From Polyangiaceae bacterium (GTDB lineage: Bacteria > Myxococcota_A > Polyangia > Polyangiales > Polyangiaceae): a DNA stretch of 64,000 nucleotides. The translations under genes were made by a program, and so were the position numbers. Shown here one piece after another: positions 40,482 to 48,737 of this stretch. The notes under the pieces were generated by a model, which was not told the DNA's origin, did no database searches, and was given only the letters and a program-made list of their open reading frames with translations. The stretch spans positions 320,001 through 384,000 of the forward strand of contig CBDCTZ010000008.1 in assembly GCA_965222375.1 (NCBI GenBank), read 5' to 3'. Every line of letters starts with the position of its first letter. The first letter of the stretch is position 1.

Positions 40482-40771
40482 CAGTTGCAGCCGCAGCCTC
40501 CGCCTTCCACCGACCCACCGCCGTAGGATCCTTCGCGGTTCTCCAGCACGTGTTCCAGTGCGGTCTCGTCCCGTTGTTCGCTTTTCATCTGCATGGTGGG
40601 GTCAGCCAGGATGCTGCGCTGCTCGGGACGAACCGTGACACAGCCGACTGCCGTGGACATCACCAGCGCGCTGAGACCGAGCAGAACGGCGATTCGCGCA
40701 GCTGGCGTCGACGCGCCGCAGAGGGCAAGCGCCCCTTCGGTCACGTTGCGTGTGCGGTGTGCGTTCATCAT
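40481..40771 (-). CDS. DUF4266 family lipoprotein
   Basis: GCVTVRPEQR, LADPTM, terminal GGGCGCN. Confidence 0.88.
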   Translation of the reverse strand: MMNAHRTRNVTEGALALCGASTPAARIAVLLGLSALVMSTAVGCVTVRPEQRSILADPTMQMKSEQRDETALEHVLENREGSYGGGSVEGGGCGCN

Positions 40772-40794
40772 CCGTTCCTCTCGTTCATCGGGAC

Positions 40795-41559
40795 TCAGAA
40801 GTAGGTCCCCAGCCCGCCGTAGTAGACTTGCACGTTCCTGTAGGTGTCCTCGGTGAAGATCACCGTGTTGTTCGCCTCCAAGCGGAGCAGGATGCGCAAA
40901 CGCAGCGACACCAGCAGCCCACCGCCGGCGCGGGCGTGAAAGAAGTCCTGGCTATCCCGCAAGAACTCGTCATTGGGGATTTCTCGCAGCCCCCCGCCTC
41001 CGATGTGCATGAACGGCGCGATTGCCCAATCCGGCGCGAAGTTCAGGGTGCCTCCGGCCCCGTAGACGAAGCGTCGCCCAATCCGCTGCAGCGCCAAGCC
41101 CGCATAGGGTTCGAAGGCAATGGCGGGCGCAATGACCCAAGCAGGTCGGATCTCCACGTAGCCGTCGCCGTCGATGACGCCACCCATCAGCGCGAACCCC
41201 GCATTGGCTTCCTGCAGCGCGGGTGGAGCGAAGAAGCCCGGCTTGACCGCGCCCTCCGGGGCGTCTGGTCCGGCGCCAATGGGCTCGATGGTGTCGCCCA
41301 GCACCCACCCCTGGCGGCCGTCGGGGAGCACGACTTTGAGCCAGAAACCCGTACCTTCGCGGCCCTCGATCAAGAAGGTCTCTCCGCGGGTAGCGCGGTA
41401 GATCACCCGGTGTGTGACGCCGGGACCGGAGCGAAGGGCCGTCTCTGACACAACGACACGAGCGAAGGCATCGATGTCCTCGTCGTCGTCCGCCGCGCGG
41501 ATCTGGGGCGCCACACTCAGTAGGCCGACCACTAGGAGCAGAGTCGCAATCGATCTCAT
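40795..41559 (-). CDS. SH3-domain plus beta-barrel outer-membrane protein
   Basis: LRSGPG...WLKV...GRQGWV (bacterial SH3); amphipathic strands; terminal YF. Confidence 0.78.
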   Translation of the reverse strand: MRSIATLLLVVGLLSVAPQIRAADDDEDIDAFARVVVSETALRSGPGVTHRVIYRATRGETFLIEGREGTGFWLKVVLPDGRQGWVLGDTIEPIGAGPDAPEGAVKPGFFAPPALQEANAGFALMGGVIDGDGYVEIRPAWVIAPAIAFEPYAGLALQRIGRRFVYGAGGTLNFAPDWAIAPFMHIGGGGLREIPNDEFLRDSQDFFHARAGGGLLVSLRLRILLRLEANNTVIFTEDTYRNVQVYYGGLGTYF

Positions 41560-42044
41560 TGCGTCGAAAACTTCGTCGCCCACTCCCGGATGATGTCCGC
41601 CTCTGGGCTCTGTTCACTGAACATCGCGCGCGGATGTGCTTGGGTTCCGGTAGGTCGATTCAATAGAGCGGCCAGGCTGGGGTCGATCTGCATACGCGAC
41701 TGGGAGGTCTGGTAGTTCTCGCGCGCTGCTGGGGGTGGCGCCGCGGCGGGCACCAAGGAACCGCCGCAGCTCTCACCAACCAGGGGCGGGCCATAATCCT
41801 TGAGACGATAGGCGGTGACATTGAAGTGACACGCGCTCGCCGCGTCGCCCTTGCTCGGGTCTCCGGGCCCACAGCGCTGGGCAAACAACATCGGTTCCAC
41901 GCGACAGTAGTAGTAGTTCTCGTCGTAGACGGCCTCTGCGATGTTGAAATCTGCGCCGGGTTCCACCGTCGTACACCCCAGCAACAGCACTCCAACCAGT
42001 AGCGAGAATCTCGATTTGAGCGTTTTGGCGGGAACGCAACTCAT
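41556..42044 (-). CDS. Hypothetical lipoprotein, possibly cytochrome c-like
   Basis: LLGC lipobox; C-X13-CH; stop overlaps the next start (ATGA). Confidence 0.65.
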   Translation of the reverse strand: MSCVPAKTLKSRFSLLVGVLLLGCTTVEPGADFNIAEAVYDENYYYCRVEPMLFAQRCGPGDPSKGDAASACHFNVTAYRLKDYGPPLVGESCGGSLVPAAAPPPAARENYQTSQSRMQIDPSLAALLNRPTGTQAHPRAMFSEQSPEADIIREWATKFSTQ

Positions 42045-42136
42045 GGAACGTTGGCGGCTGTATTGGGAGCCCAATCAGTGGAATAAGATCGTGTCCAGAG
42101 ACAGGTAGCACGCTAACAAACCGAGATGGAAAGGGT

Positions 42137-42313
42137 AAGCCTCGTCAGAGTGGGACCCGCTCGCCCACTGTCCTACATAAATAACTGTGAGGGGCGGTTT
42201 GGGATTGAACGCCACGGCCAAGGCGGCTAACTCTTGGCCCGTCAGCTCGGGATGTCGTATCTTTCCCTACATTGGCGCTGACCGCTTCAGATTCTCGTCC
42301 TAAGACGAGGCTT
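42137..42313 (+). ncRNA. Candidate structured RNA or leader (unclassified)
   Basis: 10-bp terminal inverted repeat enclosing five nested helices. Confidence 0.35.
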
Positions 42314-42360
42314 GGACTAGGGGGAATTCCGACAACGCTCTGCCCGCTCTGGAGATCTCG

Positions 42361-42537
42361 ATGAAGCTGAGCCCCTGGTACCTGGCCGCACTCCTGCCTC
42401 TACCCCTGTTGTTCGCGAGCGGTGCGCTAGGTGCGCAAGTCGCAGTCTTGGGGCTGACCCTCGGCATCTTCTTTGGCACCTTGTCGCTCCGGAATCCCAC
42501 CAGTTCCAATGCCACCACCAGTCACTCGGGTAGCTGA
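42361..42537 (+). CDS. 58-aa hydrophobic small protein (below the ORF-track cutoff)
   Basis: GGAG 6 nt before ATG; MKLSPWYLAALLPLPLLFASGALGAQVAVLGLTLGIFFGTLSLR... Confidence 0.55.
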   Translation: MKLSPWYLAALLPLPLLFASGALGAQVAVLGLTLGIFFGTLSLRNPTSSNATTSHSGS

Positions 42538-42630
42538 CACGCGGCCCTGATTTCCCGCGACGGGCCCCGCTGGCACGCGGCTTTTGGACCTGCGAGATGC
42601 AACGACGCGCGTGGTACCCTCGCGCGCGGG

Positions 42631-43746
42631 ATGACCATTCAGAGCGCGGATTCCGACCCGCCCCGTTCCGGGGAGCGCATCAGCCTGATCCCGGCGTCGG
42701 CGCAGCTGAAAACCATAGAGGAGCTGGCCCTCCACGACACGGAAGCCCTCGGTCTAATCTTGCGTGGCGGTTCCGTCATTGATTGGCACCGACTGAACTT
42801 CGAAAGCGAAGAACAAGCCGTCGCGTTCATCCGCAATCACGAGCTGGATCCCGAGCGCGACGCCGAATACATCGAGCACGTAAAGACCGAAGCAATCAAC
42901 TTCCTGCGACGCACTTTCGCGTTTGCAATTCCGAAGCCCGTAGAACGCTCATCCATCGTGGAGTTGCTGATGATGGCGTCGGGCAAGGGCCATCGACAGC
43001 TCTGTGCCTGCACGATCCTCAAGACGGTGCACATCATCAATCACATGGCGGGGCGCGAGCTTCTGTTCCGACTACCCATGAGCGACCGTGACCTGTTCCA
43101 CTTCGTAGAAGAGAAGGTCTATCGGGTCGTCGGCACCATGCTCTCCGAAGGCTTCCCTATCACGGAATTCGTAGGTGGCCGCAAGAACCTCGATAGCACC
43201 TACACGAAACTGCTCAGCAAGCCGGAAGCGACCGCCGCTGCGCTGTACGACAAGCTACGCTTCCGCATCGTGACCCGCACTCGTCACCACCTGTTGCCGG
43301 TGTTGGAGTACCTGACCTCGCAGATCTTCCCCTTCAACTACGTGGTGCCCGGCGAGAGCACGAACACGATCTTCCACTTTCGCAGCTACTGCGACGCGCA
43401 CCCTCACCTCAAGCAGTGGAGCAGCCGACTGCAGGGCGGGCTGAGCGACACCCTGACTCCCGGAGACAATCGCTTCAGCGCGGCGGAGTACCGCGTGATT
43501 CATTTCGTGACGGACGTGCCGTTGCGCGTGCCTCCCCACATCATGGAGACCTCCCCGGAGGGCTCGGAGACGCTCGGACCGATCGTCTACATGCTATGCG
43601 AGTTCCAGCTCCTGGACGCCGAAAGCGAAGCAGAAAACGAAGCCTCGGACGCGAGCCATGCCGCGTACAAAGCCCGACAGCGCGAGGCGGTGGCCCGACG
43701 GCTCCGCCTCGGCTCCCGCGGCCCCGACAGCCGCAAGCACCGCTGA
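42631..43746 (+). CDS. TIGR04552-like protein with RelA/SpoT synthetase-type nucleotidyltransferase motifs
   Basis: LRGGSVIDW; GRKNLDSTYTKL, YDKLRFRIV, YRVIH, EFQL. Confidence 0.78.
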   Translation: MTIQSADSDPPRSGERISLIPASAQLKTIEELALHDTEALGLILRGGSVIDWHRLNFESEEQAVAFIRNHELDPERDAEYIEHVKTEAINFLRRTFAFAIPKPVERSSIVELLMMASGKGHRQLCACTILKTVHIINHMAGRELLFRLPMSDRDLFHFVEEKVYRVVGTMLSEGFPITEFVGGRKNLDSTYTKLLSKPEATAAALYDKLRFRIVTRTRHHLLPVLEYLTSQIFPFNYVVPGESTNTIFHFRSYCDAHPHLKQWSSRLQGGLSDTLTPGDNRFSAAEYRVIHFVTDVPLRVPPHIMETSPEGSETLGPIVYMLCEFQLLDAESEAENEASDASHAAYKARQREAVARRLRLGSRGPDSRKHR

Positions 43747-43818
43747 CCCCGAGAAAACTACGCCCTGGGAGCGCACGGCCATTGCGGCAGGTCCGCCAAG
43801 ACGCTACTTAAGGCCGCC

Positions 43819-44328
43819 ATGTGGCTGCACGCCTCCAAGCTGAAGCAGGTCTCGAATCAAATCCTCGAGCTCATCACGACGGACAACGCCGTGGAGTGCG
43901 AGGACAAGAACGAGGTCCGCGCCGACATCGAGTCCGTACTCGCTCAGTACCTTCGCGACGAGCAAGAGGTCACGGAAAAGGCGCGGGACCTGATCGCCGC
44001 TCGCGGGCTGTCCCACTCGGAGCTCTTTAAAATGAAGAAGCTGGTCGCCGACCAGCGCAAGCTCAAAATCGGCGACGAGGCCATCGACTACATCCTCGAC
44101 CAACTGTTGGAGATGCTGATGCACTCCCATAACGTGGCGGAGGTCTTCGCTGAAGACTGGGAGCTTCGACGTCGCATGCGCGAGCCGATGCGCGCGCAAA
44201 TGGCACAGGAAGAGAACCTTCACGAGGAAGTGCGTGGGCGCCTGAAGCACGTGGAAGAGGGGACCCAGCTTTGGGAAGTCGAATACCGGCGAATGATGGA
44301 GGACATCAAACGCCGAAAGGGCCTCTAG
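43819..44328 (+). CDS. DUF507 family protein
   Basis: Helical charged protein; EQEVTEKARDL...LFKMKKLVADQRKL. Confidence 0.7.
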   Translation: MWLHASKLKQVSNQILELITTDNAVECEDKNEVRADIESVLAQYLRDEQEVTEKARDLIAARGLSHSELFKMKKLVADQRKLKIGDEAIDYILDQLLEMLMHSHNVAEVFAEDWELRRRMREPMRAQMAQEENLHEEVRGRLKHVEEGTQLWEVEYRRMMEDIKRRKGL

Positions 44329-44335
44329 CTGGGCC

Positions 44336-45295
44336 ATGCCCCGCTACCTCGTCACGGGCGGCGCCGGGTTCATCGGTTCCAATCTGACCATCGCGCTGGC
44401 CAAGCAGGGCGAGCGCGTACGCGTGGTGGACGACCTCTCCACGGGCTTTTGGGAAAACCTCTCCAGCGTGAGCGACGGCCAGGTTGAGACCATCGCTGCG
44501 GACATCCGAGATGGCGAGGCCATGTCCAAGGCCATGCAGGGCGTCGAAGTCGTGTTTCACCACGCAGCTCTCGGTTCAGTTCCGCTGAGCATCGAAGACC
44601 CGGTGCGCGCAGACTCGGTGAATGTCGGCGGCACCGTCCAGGTGCTCGAGGCTGCGCGCCACGCAGGCGTGCGCCGAGTGATCTTCGCCGCCTCGAGTGC
44701 CGCCTATGGCGACGAGCCCAGCCTGCCCAAACACGAGGGTTCGCCCATCGCACCGCTGTCTCCCTATGCGGTCAGCAAGCTGGCCGCGGAACGCTACGCG
44801 GCGGTCTTTTCCGCGCTGTATGGCTTGGAAACGTTGAGCTTTCGCTACTTCAACATCTTCGGGCCTCACCAACGCCCGGAGGGAGCCTACGCCGCGGCGA
44901 TCCCACGTTTCTTGTGGGCAGCGCTCACCGGCGCACCTTTGACCATCTACGGCGACGGCCAAACCACTCGGGACTTCTGCTTCGTGGACAACGTTGTCGC
45001 GGCGAATCTGCTGGCAGCAAACACCCCCAAGAAGCTCTCGGGCGAGCGCGTCAACATCGCGACCGGCACTAGCGTGACTCTATCCGAAGTCGTTCAGACG
45101 ATCGGAGCACAACTCGGCAAGGAGCTAGAGGTTCGTCACGAGGCAGTACGCGTCGGCGACGTGCGGCATTCCTCCGCGAGCATCGAAAAAGCCAAAGAAC
45201 TTCTCGGATACGAGGGCAACTGTGACCTGCGCCGAGGTTTGCCCCGCACAATCGACTTCCTTCGAGACCTTGCCGAAAAGCGTGCGGACGAGTGA
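44336..45295 (+). CDS. NAD-dependent nucleotide-sugar epimerase/dehydratase (extended SDR)
   Basis: TGGAGFIGS, ASSAAYG, YAVSK, RYFNIFGP, GDGQTTRDF. Confidence 0.93.
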   Translation: MPRYLVTGGAGFIGSNLTIALAKQGERVRVVDDLSTGFWENLSSVSDGQVETIAADIRDGEAMSKAMQGVEVVFHHAALGSVPLSIEDPVRADSVNVGGTVQVLEAARHAGVRRVIFAASSAAYGDEPSLPKHEGSPIAPLSPYAVSKLAAERYAAVFSALYGLETLSFRYFNIFGPHQRPEGAYAAAIPRFLWAALTGAPLTIYGDGQTTRDFCFVDNVVAANLLAANTPKKLSGERVNIATGTSVTLSEVVQTIGAQLGKELEVRHEAVRVGDVRHSSASIEKAKELLGYEGNCDLRRGLPRTIDFLRDLAEKRADE

Positions 45296-46164
45296 AGAGC
45301 ATGACGGGATACGGCCGGGGCGTTGCCCCCCTGGGCGACGGGAGCGTCGTGGTCGAGATCCGATCATTGAATCACCGATACCTGGATGTACGCGCACGGG
45401 CGTCGCAAGAGATCGCGGAACATGCCACCTGGCTCGAACAATTGGTTCGACAGAAACTGTCTCGGGGCCGCTACGACGTGAGCGCGCGCGCCGAGGGCTC
45501 CGTAACCCCAGAACCTCAGCTTTCGACCGGCCGCGCCAGGTCGCTATTCCGACAGCTGCGCGAGCTCGCCACGGAGTTGGGCGTACCTGAGCCGAACAGC
45601 GTCGAGTGGTTGACTGCCCTACCCGAGGTGCTCGAACGCCCGACCTTGAGCCAGGTCGCGCCCGCTAGGCAAGCCCTGGAGCAAGCGATGACTCGCGCGC
45701 TGGCGGACTTGGACGCAATGCGGCTAGCCGAAGGCAAGGCCCTCGACGTGGACTTCCGAGAGCGGCTCGGACGCATTCGCACTCTGCTTGATCAGCTTGC
45801 CGCGCGCACCCCGCAGCTGGTCGAGGAGTACCGCGACCGGCTAAAAAACCGCCTGGAGCGCCTGCTCGCATCCCAGCCCGCGGCCCTGGACCCGTCACGC
45901 TTGGAGCTGGAGGTTGCGTTGCTCGCCGACAAGAGTGACGTGAACGAGGAGCTGGTGCGCTTGAGCAGCCACCTCGAGCAGTTCGAGGGGTTTCTGGCGC
46001 AAGAAGAGGCCGTGGGGCGTCGCCTCGACTTCTTGCTGCAGGAAATCGGCAGAGAAGTGAACACCGCCGGCAGTAAATGCCAAGACGCGACGGTCGCGCA
46101 TACGGTGGTAGATCTGAAGGCAGAAGTGGAGCGGCTCAGGGAGCAAGTGCAGAATGTCGAATGA
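45292..46164 (+). CDS. yicC: YicC/YloC family endoribonuclease
   Basis: SMTGYGR, SLNHRYLD, EELVRL, GRRLDFLLQE, REQVQNVE. Confidence 0.95.
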   Translation: MKSMTGYGRGVAPLGDGSVVVEIRSLNHRYLDVRARASQEIAEHATWLEQLVRQKLSRGRYDVSARAEGSVTPEPQLSTGRARSLFRQLRELATELGVPEPNSVEWLTALPEVLERPTLSQVAPARQALEQAMTRALADLDAMRLAEGKALDVDFRERLGRIRTLLDQLAARTPQLVEEYRDRLKNRLERLLASQPAALDPSRLELEVALLADKSDVNEELVRLSSHLEQFEGFLAQEEAVGRRLDFLLQEIGREVNTAGSKCQDATVAHTVVDLKAEVERLREQVQNVE

Positions 46165-46780
46165 AGCGCCGTTGCTGATCATCATCTCTTCCCCCAGCGG
46201 TGCCGGGAAGACCACCCTGACCACTCGGCTGCGGGAGCGGGTGGCCAACTTGCGCTTCAGCATCAGCCACACCACTCGGGCGCCCCGTAGCGGCGAGGTG
46301 GATGGGCGCGAGTATCACTTCGTCAGCCGCGAGACATTCAGTCGCCTGCTGCAGCTGGACGAGTTCTTGGAATGGGCGGAAGTGCACGGCAACTTCTACG
46401 GGACGAGTCGCAAAGAAGTACAAAGCGCCCAGGGCGCCCTGGGCCTCATCTTCGATGTCGACCATCAGGGCGCGCGTCAAATCAAGAGCGTGCACCCCGA
46501 GGCCATCAGCGTGTTCATACTGCCCCCCAGCATGGAGGTGCTGGAGCAACGCCTTCGAGGCCGCGCTAGCGAAGATGAAACCACCGTGCAGCGCCGCTTC
46601 GCCGTGGCCAAGCAAGAGATCGCGCACTACGGGCAGTTCGACTACCTGCTACTGAATGAAGACCTGGAGGATGCCACTCAGCGCTTGTTGGGGATTTTCC
46701 GGGCGGAGGAGTGTCGTCGGCCGCGCATGGCGCGCCGCGCCGAAAAGCTGCTTAGACAGGGGCGCGACAGCGGCCACTGA
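46154..46780 (+). CDS. gmk: Guanylate kinase
   Basis: SPSGAGKTT, SHTTRAPR, EVHGNFYGT, FILPPS. Confidence 0.97.
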   Translation: MSNEAPLLIIISSPSGAGKTTLTTRLRERVANLRFSISHTTRAPRSGEVDGREYHFVSRETFSRLLQLDEFLEWAEVHGNFYGTSRKEVQSAQGALGLIFDVDHQGARQIKSVHPEAISVFILPPSMEVLEQRLRGRASEDETTVQRRFAVAKQEIAHYGQFDYLLLNEDLEDATQRLLGIFRAEECRRPRMARRAEKLLRQGRDSGH

Positions 46781-46888
46781 CAGCCGGCCGTCTTGATTTT
46801 GCGTTGTTTTCGGTGTTACGGGCCCCGGTGCACCACTGAGGGACCGGCCTCCGTGCGGCCCCGAGATGGCAAGGAGACGTAGAAACCC

Positions 46889-47746
46889 ATGAGGAACGTG
46901 TTGGGCGTCATTGGCGGCAGCGGCATCTACGATGTGCCGGGCCTGGAGTTGATCGAAAAGACGGCCGTGTCGACGCCCTTCGGCGAGCCGAGCGACGAGT
47001 TGGTGCGCGGGCGCCTAGGTGAAACCGAGCTGCTATTCCTGCCCCGGCACGGTCGAGGGCATCGGGTGGCGCCCCACGGCATCAACTACCGCGCCAACGT
47101 TGCAGCCATGAAGCTATCGGGTGCGACCCATTTGTTGAGTCTCTCTGCCGTAGGCAGCCTGAAGGAAGAAATCGCACCAGGAGATGTGGCCATTGTCGAC
47201 CAATACATCGACCTGACCAAGCGTCGGATCAGCACCTTCTTCGACGACGACGTGATCGCGCACGTGGCTTTCGGCGACCCAGTGTGCAGCGTCATGGCCG
47301 CAGCCGTGAGCCACGCCGCCAAGGCCGCAGGTGCCAAGGCTCACGACGGGGGAACCTACGTCTGCATGGAGGGACCGCAGTTTTCCACCCGAGCCGAAAG
47401 CCACCTCTACCGTAGTTGGGGAGCTAGCGTGATTGGCATGACGGCGATGCCCGAAGCCAAGTTGGCTCGGGAAGCAGAACTCCCCTACGCCACCGTCGCC
47501 TTGGTCACCGACTACGATTGTTGGCACGAGAGCGAAGAGGCTGTCAGTGTCGACGCGGTCCTTGCCGTCTTGAAAAAGAACGCCGCTATGGCACAGACCA
47601 TCGTGGCGAAGCTGGCTGCGGCTCTGCCCGACCCAACCAAGAGTGCCGCCAAGGACGCGCTTGCAGGCGCCCTGATCACAGACAAGTCCACCATCAGCGC
47701 CGCTGCCAAGGAACGGCTCGGCTTCTTGATTCAGCGTTACCTCTGA
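46889..47746 (+). CDS. mtnP: S-methyl-5'-thioadenosine phosphorylase
   Basis: IGGSG, PRHG, EGPQFSTRAES, GMTAMPEAKLARE, TDYDCW. Confidence 0.95.
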   Translation: MRNVLGVIGGSGIYDVPGLELIEKTAVSTPFGEPSDELVRGRLGETELLFLPRHGRGHRVAPHGINYRANVAAMKLSGATHLLSLSAVGSLKEEIAPGDVAIVDQYIDLTKRRISTFFDDDVIAHVAFGDPVCSVMAAAVSHAAKAAGAKAHDGGTYVCMEGPQFSTRAESHLYRSWGASVIGMTAMPEAKLAREAELPYATVALVTDYDCWHESEEAVSVDAVLAVLKKNAAMAQTIVAKLAAALPDPTKSAAKDALAGALITDKSTISAAAKERLGFLIQRYL

Positions 47747-47792
47747 GCAGCTTCTGCTCGGAACCGAGACCCCCCCGCGAAAGCCAAAAAGC

Positions 47793-48725
47793 ATGAATCC
47801 CAAACCCGCACCCAAACCCGTCCTAATCATTGGCTCGATGGCTTTCGATGACCTGGAACTGCCCACGGGCAAGTTTGACGACGTCGTGGGCGGCTCCGCG
47901 ACCTATGCCGCCATGGCCACGAGCCTCTTCGCGCCCGCCCGCGTCGTTGCCGTCGTCGGCACGGATTTCCCGGACGAGCGCCTGGCTCATTTGTCGAAGT
48001 GTGGCGTGGGCGTGGACGTTCAGGGCGTGGAACGCGCCGAGGGCAAGACTTTTCGCTGGGCAGGGCGTTACGCCAAGAACCTCGCGTCTCGCACGACGCT
48101 GGACACCCAGCTCAACGTGTTCGCGGACTTCCGTCCCAAGCTGCCCCCGGGCCACGCGGACTCGGAGTTCTTGCTTCTGGGCAACATCCACCCGGCCCTT
48201 CAACTCGAGGTGCTGGACAAGGCAAAGAACGCGAAGTTCGTTGCGGCGGACACCATGAACTTTTGGATCGAGGGCGAGCGGCCCTTGCTGACCAAGTTGC
48301 TGGCACGCATCGACACCCTGGTCATCAACGACGAAGAGCTGCGGCAATTGGGTGAAGAGCACAACATCCGCAGAGCCGCCAAGATCGTGCAAGCGATGGG
48401 ACCGAAACGCCTCGTGGTCAAGCGTGGCGAGTATGGCGCAATGCTCTTCGACGAGCACGGGATCTTCTTTGCACCGGCCTACCCCCTGGAAGACGAAGTG
48501 GACCCCACCGGCGCTGGCGACACCTTCGCGGGCGCGCTGTTGGGCTACCTCGCCAAGGAGTGCAACCTGGACGAGCACACGCTGCGCCGGGCTCTGATGA
48601 TGGCCGCCACCGTGGCATCCTTCTGCGTCGAGGGCGTCGGCACCGCGCGCATCGCGGAGATCGGCCGCGACGATGTCGCGCATCGCCTGGACTCGCTTCG
48701 CACTTTGGTGCACTTTGGATCCTGA
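47793..48725 (+). CDS. PfkB family sugar/nucleoside kinase
   Basis: GGSATY, DTMNFWI, DPTGAGDTFAG. Confidence 0.92.
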   Translation: MNPKPAPKPVLIIGSMAFDDLELPTGKFDDVVGGSATYAAMATSLFAPARVVAVVGTDFPDERLAHLSKCGVGVDVQGVERAEGKTFRWAGRYAKNLASRTTLDTQLNVFADFRPKLPPGHADSEFLLLGNIHPALQLEVLDKAKNAKFVAADTMNFWIEGERPLLTKLLARIDTLVINDEELRQLGEEHNIRRAAKIVQAMGPKRLVVKRGEYGAMLFDEHGIFFAPAYPLEDEVDPTGAGDTFAGALLGYLAKECNLDEHTLRRALMMAATVASFCVEGVGTARIAEIGRDDVAHRLDSLRTLVHFGS

Positions 48726-48737
48726 GGGGAAACGACG

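Noticed and set aside
42137..42313. Retron msr-msd, cobalamin riboswitch or hammerhead interpretation of the structured region
   Set aside because: No reverse transcriptase in the window, and the conserved cores of those RNAs could not be matched.
42571..42587. TGGCACG upstream of the RelA-like gene (similar case near 57502)
   Set aside because: No GC at the -12 position, so not called a sigma54 promoter.
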